Shown in pieces: positions 61,448-64,000 of a DNA stretch of 64,000 bases. Within the stretch, counting starts at the first letter, position 1. Every line of letters begins with the position of its first letter. The DNA is from an uncultured Actinomycetes bacterium (GTDB lineage Bacteria; Actinomycetota; UBA4738; HRBIN12): positions 747,787-811,786 of the forward strand of contig CAWFKP010000006.1 of the NCBI GenBank assembly GCA_963816425.1, read 5' to 3'. The position numbers and the translations under genes were made by a program. The notes beneath the pieces are model-generated. The model was given only the letters and a program-made list of their open reading frames with translations, searched no databases and was not told the origin of the DNA.

Positions 61448-62484
61448 ACGAGCGGGATCCCTCGCAGAGGCACGTCGTCCCGCGACGTACCTTCCTTCGA
61501 GGTGCGGCGGCGGTGGGTGCGTTCGCAGCGGCAGGGGCGATCGGCGTCCGACTACGTCAACCGGGGGATCCCGAGCCGTGGGATCACGCCGTCTTCTCTC
61601 CACCCGGTGGCGCGCGGGTCAGTGTGCTTCGGGCGCCGACGTACGAGGCCGACCTGTCCGGCATCGTCTTGGATGGTTTGCGATCGATCGGAGCAGATGT
61701 GCGGGGAGCCTCGGTCCTGCTCAAGCCGAACATGGTGGAGTTCGATCGCGGCGCGGCGATCAACACGGACCCCAGGCTGATCGCCGCCGCGGTCGTTGCG
61801 TTTCGACGATTGGGTGCGAGGCGCGTCGTCGTCGGCGAGGCGCCGGGTCACCGTCGAGACACTGGCTATCTGGTTCGGGCGTCGGGTCTCGCCGAGTCAC
61901 TGACGGAGGTCGACTCGTTGTTCGTCGATATGAACGTCTCTGCAGCGTCGGAAGTCCCGCTCCACAGCTCCTATACGAAACTGGGCTCGCTCTGGTTACC
62001 GGACGCGATCTCGGACGCCGACGTGGTGGTGTCGATGCCCAAGATGAAGACCCACCACTGGGCGGGAGTCACCCTCTCGCTCAAGAACTGCTTTGGCTGT
62101 CTTCCGGGCCGTGTCTACGGATGGCCGAAGAACGCGCTGCATTGGCAGGGGATCGACGGGTCGATCCTCGATATCGCCGGTGTCGTGCGGCCGGCGTACG
62201 CGATCGTCGACGGCATCGTGGCGATGGAGGGCAACGGACCGATCGACGGCACACCGAAGGCCGTCGGCCTTATCGTTGTGGGGGACGACCCGGTCGCGGT
62301 CGACGCCACCACAGCCACGCTGATGGGCTTCGACCCGCGCGGGGTGGCCCACATCGCCGAGGCCGGTCGTTACCTCGGGCAGGCGGACATGGCTCGGATC
62401 GAACAGCATGGAGAGGATGTCGCCTCGTCCGTCAACCCGTTCGCGCCCGCCCCTGGTTTCGACGGGCTGCCCGTCGCTCAGTAG
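61444..62484 (+). CDS. Tat-exported DUF362 protein
   Basis: PRRTFL Tat motif; VLLKPN, PKMKTHHWAGVTLSLKN, VDGIVAMEGNGP, DPVAVD. Confidence 0.85.
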   Translation: MNERDPSQRHVVPRRTFLRGAAAVGAFAAAGAIGVRLRQPGDPEPWDHAVFSPPGGARVSVLRAPTYEADLSGIVLDGLRSIGADVRGASVLLKPNMVEFDRGAAINTDPRLIAAAVVAFRRLGARRVVVGEAPGHRRDTGYLVRASGLAESLTEVDSLFVDMNVSAASEVPLHSSYTKLGSLWLPDAISDADVVVSMPKMKTHHWAGVTLSLKNCFGCLPGRVYGWPKNALHWQGIDGSILDIAGVVRPAYAIVDGIVAMEGNGPIDGTPKAVGLIVVGDDPVAVDATTATLMGFDPRGVAHIAEAGRYLGQADMARIEQHGEDVASSVNPFAPAPGFDGLPVAQ

Positions 62485-63668
62485 ATGTGTCGGTAGTGCA
62501 TGAACAGCAGCGCGTGCCACAGCGCCGCCGGGATCGAAATGATCAGCCAGGTTGCCAACACCGCCGGCCGTCTGGTCCAGCGCGCCATACCCCAGAACGC
62601 CGGAAACGCGACCAGCGCGAAACGTGACATCGAGGTCAGATCTCGTCCCGGATAGGGGAAGCACAACGGGACGACGAGTGCGAGCGCGCCAAACAACACC
62701 AGGCTTGGCGCCGCCCGTCGCCAGATCGCGATCACCCCACCGATCGCGATGCAGGAAAGCACCGCGTCCGAGATCCAGTAGCCGCCGTCGGGAGCACCGA
62801 CCACGTGGATCGCCTGGTAGAGGCCGCGAGCGAGGGTGACGAAGGGAAACTGGATCGTCCGCTTCCAGTGAGCCTGCACTTCGAGTGGCCGAAGCGCATC
62901 CCCCGCGTGAACCTGCCACCAGCCGAGATAAAGGAGCGTCCCGACCACCACGAGCGCCGCGGCGATGAGACCACGGGTGCGTTCGCGTCCGGGCGGGCGT
63001 TTCCACGCCTCCCAGGCGAGGGAGGGGGCAAGGATGAGGCCGATCGACCTGGTCGCGGCGGCGGCGATCCCGGCTGCGGCGCCCGTTGCCCAGCGATTCG
63101 ATCGAGCCGCCGCGAGTGCGACGACGGCCAAGAGCAGGAAGAGCGACTCGCTGTAGGGCGCGAAGAGGAAGAAGGACGTGGGGAAGGCAAGGAGCAACAC
63201 GGTCGTCCGTCTAGCGTCGTCTTCCGACAGCTCTCGAGTTGTCAGCACGTACAGCAGCACAAGCGCACCCAGTAGCGCGAGATTCGAGATCAGCGTTGCG
63301 GCCGCAAACGTGCCAATGCCTGGGATCGCAGACACGCCCCGTATCAGGACGGGGTACAGCGGGAAGAAGGCAGCGGCGTCCCGATCGAAGTCATAGCCGC
63401 GATCCGCGATCGTTTCGAACCACGCAGCGTCGAGCCGATCGGTCCCGTCCCAGAGGTTGTGCCAGCCGGCGGACGCGGGCGCCGACGTGCCCGGATCGAG
63501 TGGCAGCGGATTCGTCGTCAACGATCCGACCGCCAGTCCAAGGAGACTCACCGCGAGTCGCGCGATCACGAACGCGACGGCACAGAAGCGCAACGCGCGC
63601 CGGGTGAGGTCGGCCGGACCGAGGAGCGTGCCAACATGTGGCCGGGATCGATCGGCTGTTTGTTGCAC
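62478..63668 (-). CDS. PIG-V/Gpi18-like mannosyltransferase (GT-C); start approximate
   Basis: DAAWFETIA.RGY, AFFPLYP, FPTSFFL.APYSESLF, ATRSIG, SMSRF. Confidence 0.82.
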   Translation of the reverse strand: MQQTADRSRPHVGTLLGPADLTRRALRFCAVAFVIARLAVSLLGLAVGSLTTNPLPLDPGTSAPASAGWHNLWDGTDRLDAAWFETIADRGYDFDRDAAAFFPLYPVLIRGVSAIPGIGTFAAATLISNLALLGALVLLYVLTTRELSEDDARRTTVLLLAFPTSFFLFAPYSESLFLLLAVVALAAARSNRWATGAAAGIAAAATRSIGLILAPSLAWEAWKRPPGRERTRGLIAAALVVVGTLLYLGWWQVHAGDALRPLEVQAHWKRTIQFPFVTLARGLYQAIHVVGAPDGGYWISDAVLSCIAIGGVIAIWRRAAPSLVLFGALALVVPLCFPYPGRDLTSMSRFALVAFPAFWGMARWTRRPAVLATWLIISIPAALWHALLFMHYRHIY

Positions 63669-63696
63669 GCCTGTGTGTATCACGGCGCCCTGCAGA

Positions 63697-64000
63697 TCAC
63701 GCGCTAGAGATGAGATCCGCGAGATCGGTGGCCGACGTGACCGGGCGCTCGCAGACGAAGTCGCGACAGACGTACGCCGTCGCCACACCAGCGATTGCCT
63801 TCCTGCCTTCGAGCAGGGGCACGCGGACGCCGCCGTCATCCGGGGAGCCGTCGGCTATCGCGACGACCGCGTTGGGCAGCAGACGAGCGCTCACGACCTC
63901 TCGAAGCAAGGCGTGGAAGCCCTCATCGTTTCGGTGCCCGACGATCGCGATCTCGTACAAGGGGCCGAGCAGCAGGTCGGCGACACACAGGGTCTGGCCG
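63697..64000 (-). CDS. YyaL/SSP411-like thioredoxin-domain protein, C-terminal part
   Basis: EIAIVG...PLLEGR...ATAYVCRDFVCERPVT C-terminal motif. Confidence 0.8.
   Translation of the reverse strand, partial: GQTLCVADLLLGPLYEIAIVGHRNDEGFHALLREVVSARLLPNAVVAIADGSPDDGGVRVPLLEGRKAIAGVATAYVCRDFVCERPVTSATDLADLISSA

Overview
High-GC Actinomycetota-like chromosomal window (taxonomy inferred from gene content and the mfd-mazG-eno-ftsB-DUF501-ppx ... tRNA-Leu(UAA) synteny). It holds about 65 genes. About 18 apparent single-base frame breaks look like long-read indel errors. The most notable element is a 7-gene, translationally coupled mau-like operon (13200-17041). It encodes MauE, a 25-Cys MauA-light-chain-like exported protein lacking recognisable TTQ tryptophans, two MauD-like CxxC thioredoxins, a small 9-Cys Tat peptide, and a MauF/CcdA-like membrane protein. 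In that membrane protein the expected WSPCG cysteine is an in-frame TGA followed by hairpins, making it a probable selenoprotein. Other highlights are a serine-cycle-type cluster (hpr-sga-mcl-mtkA-mtkB) near MttB/corrinoid and Rieske N-demethylase-like genes, a subtilase with about 16 WSGxT repeats coupled to a membrane GGDEF-EAL protein, a probable ATC-initiated S1 protein, phased TGACGTCA operator repeats, and widespread leaderless TANNNT-N6-start genes. All calls are from reading the sequence only; no searches were run.
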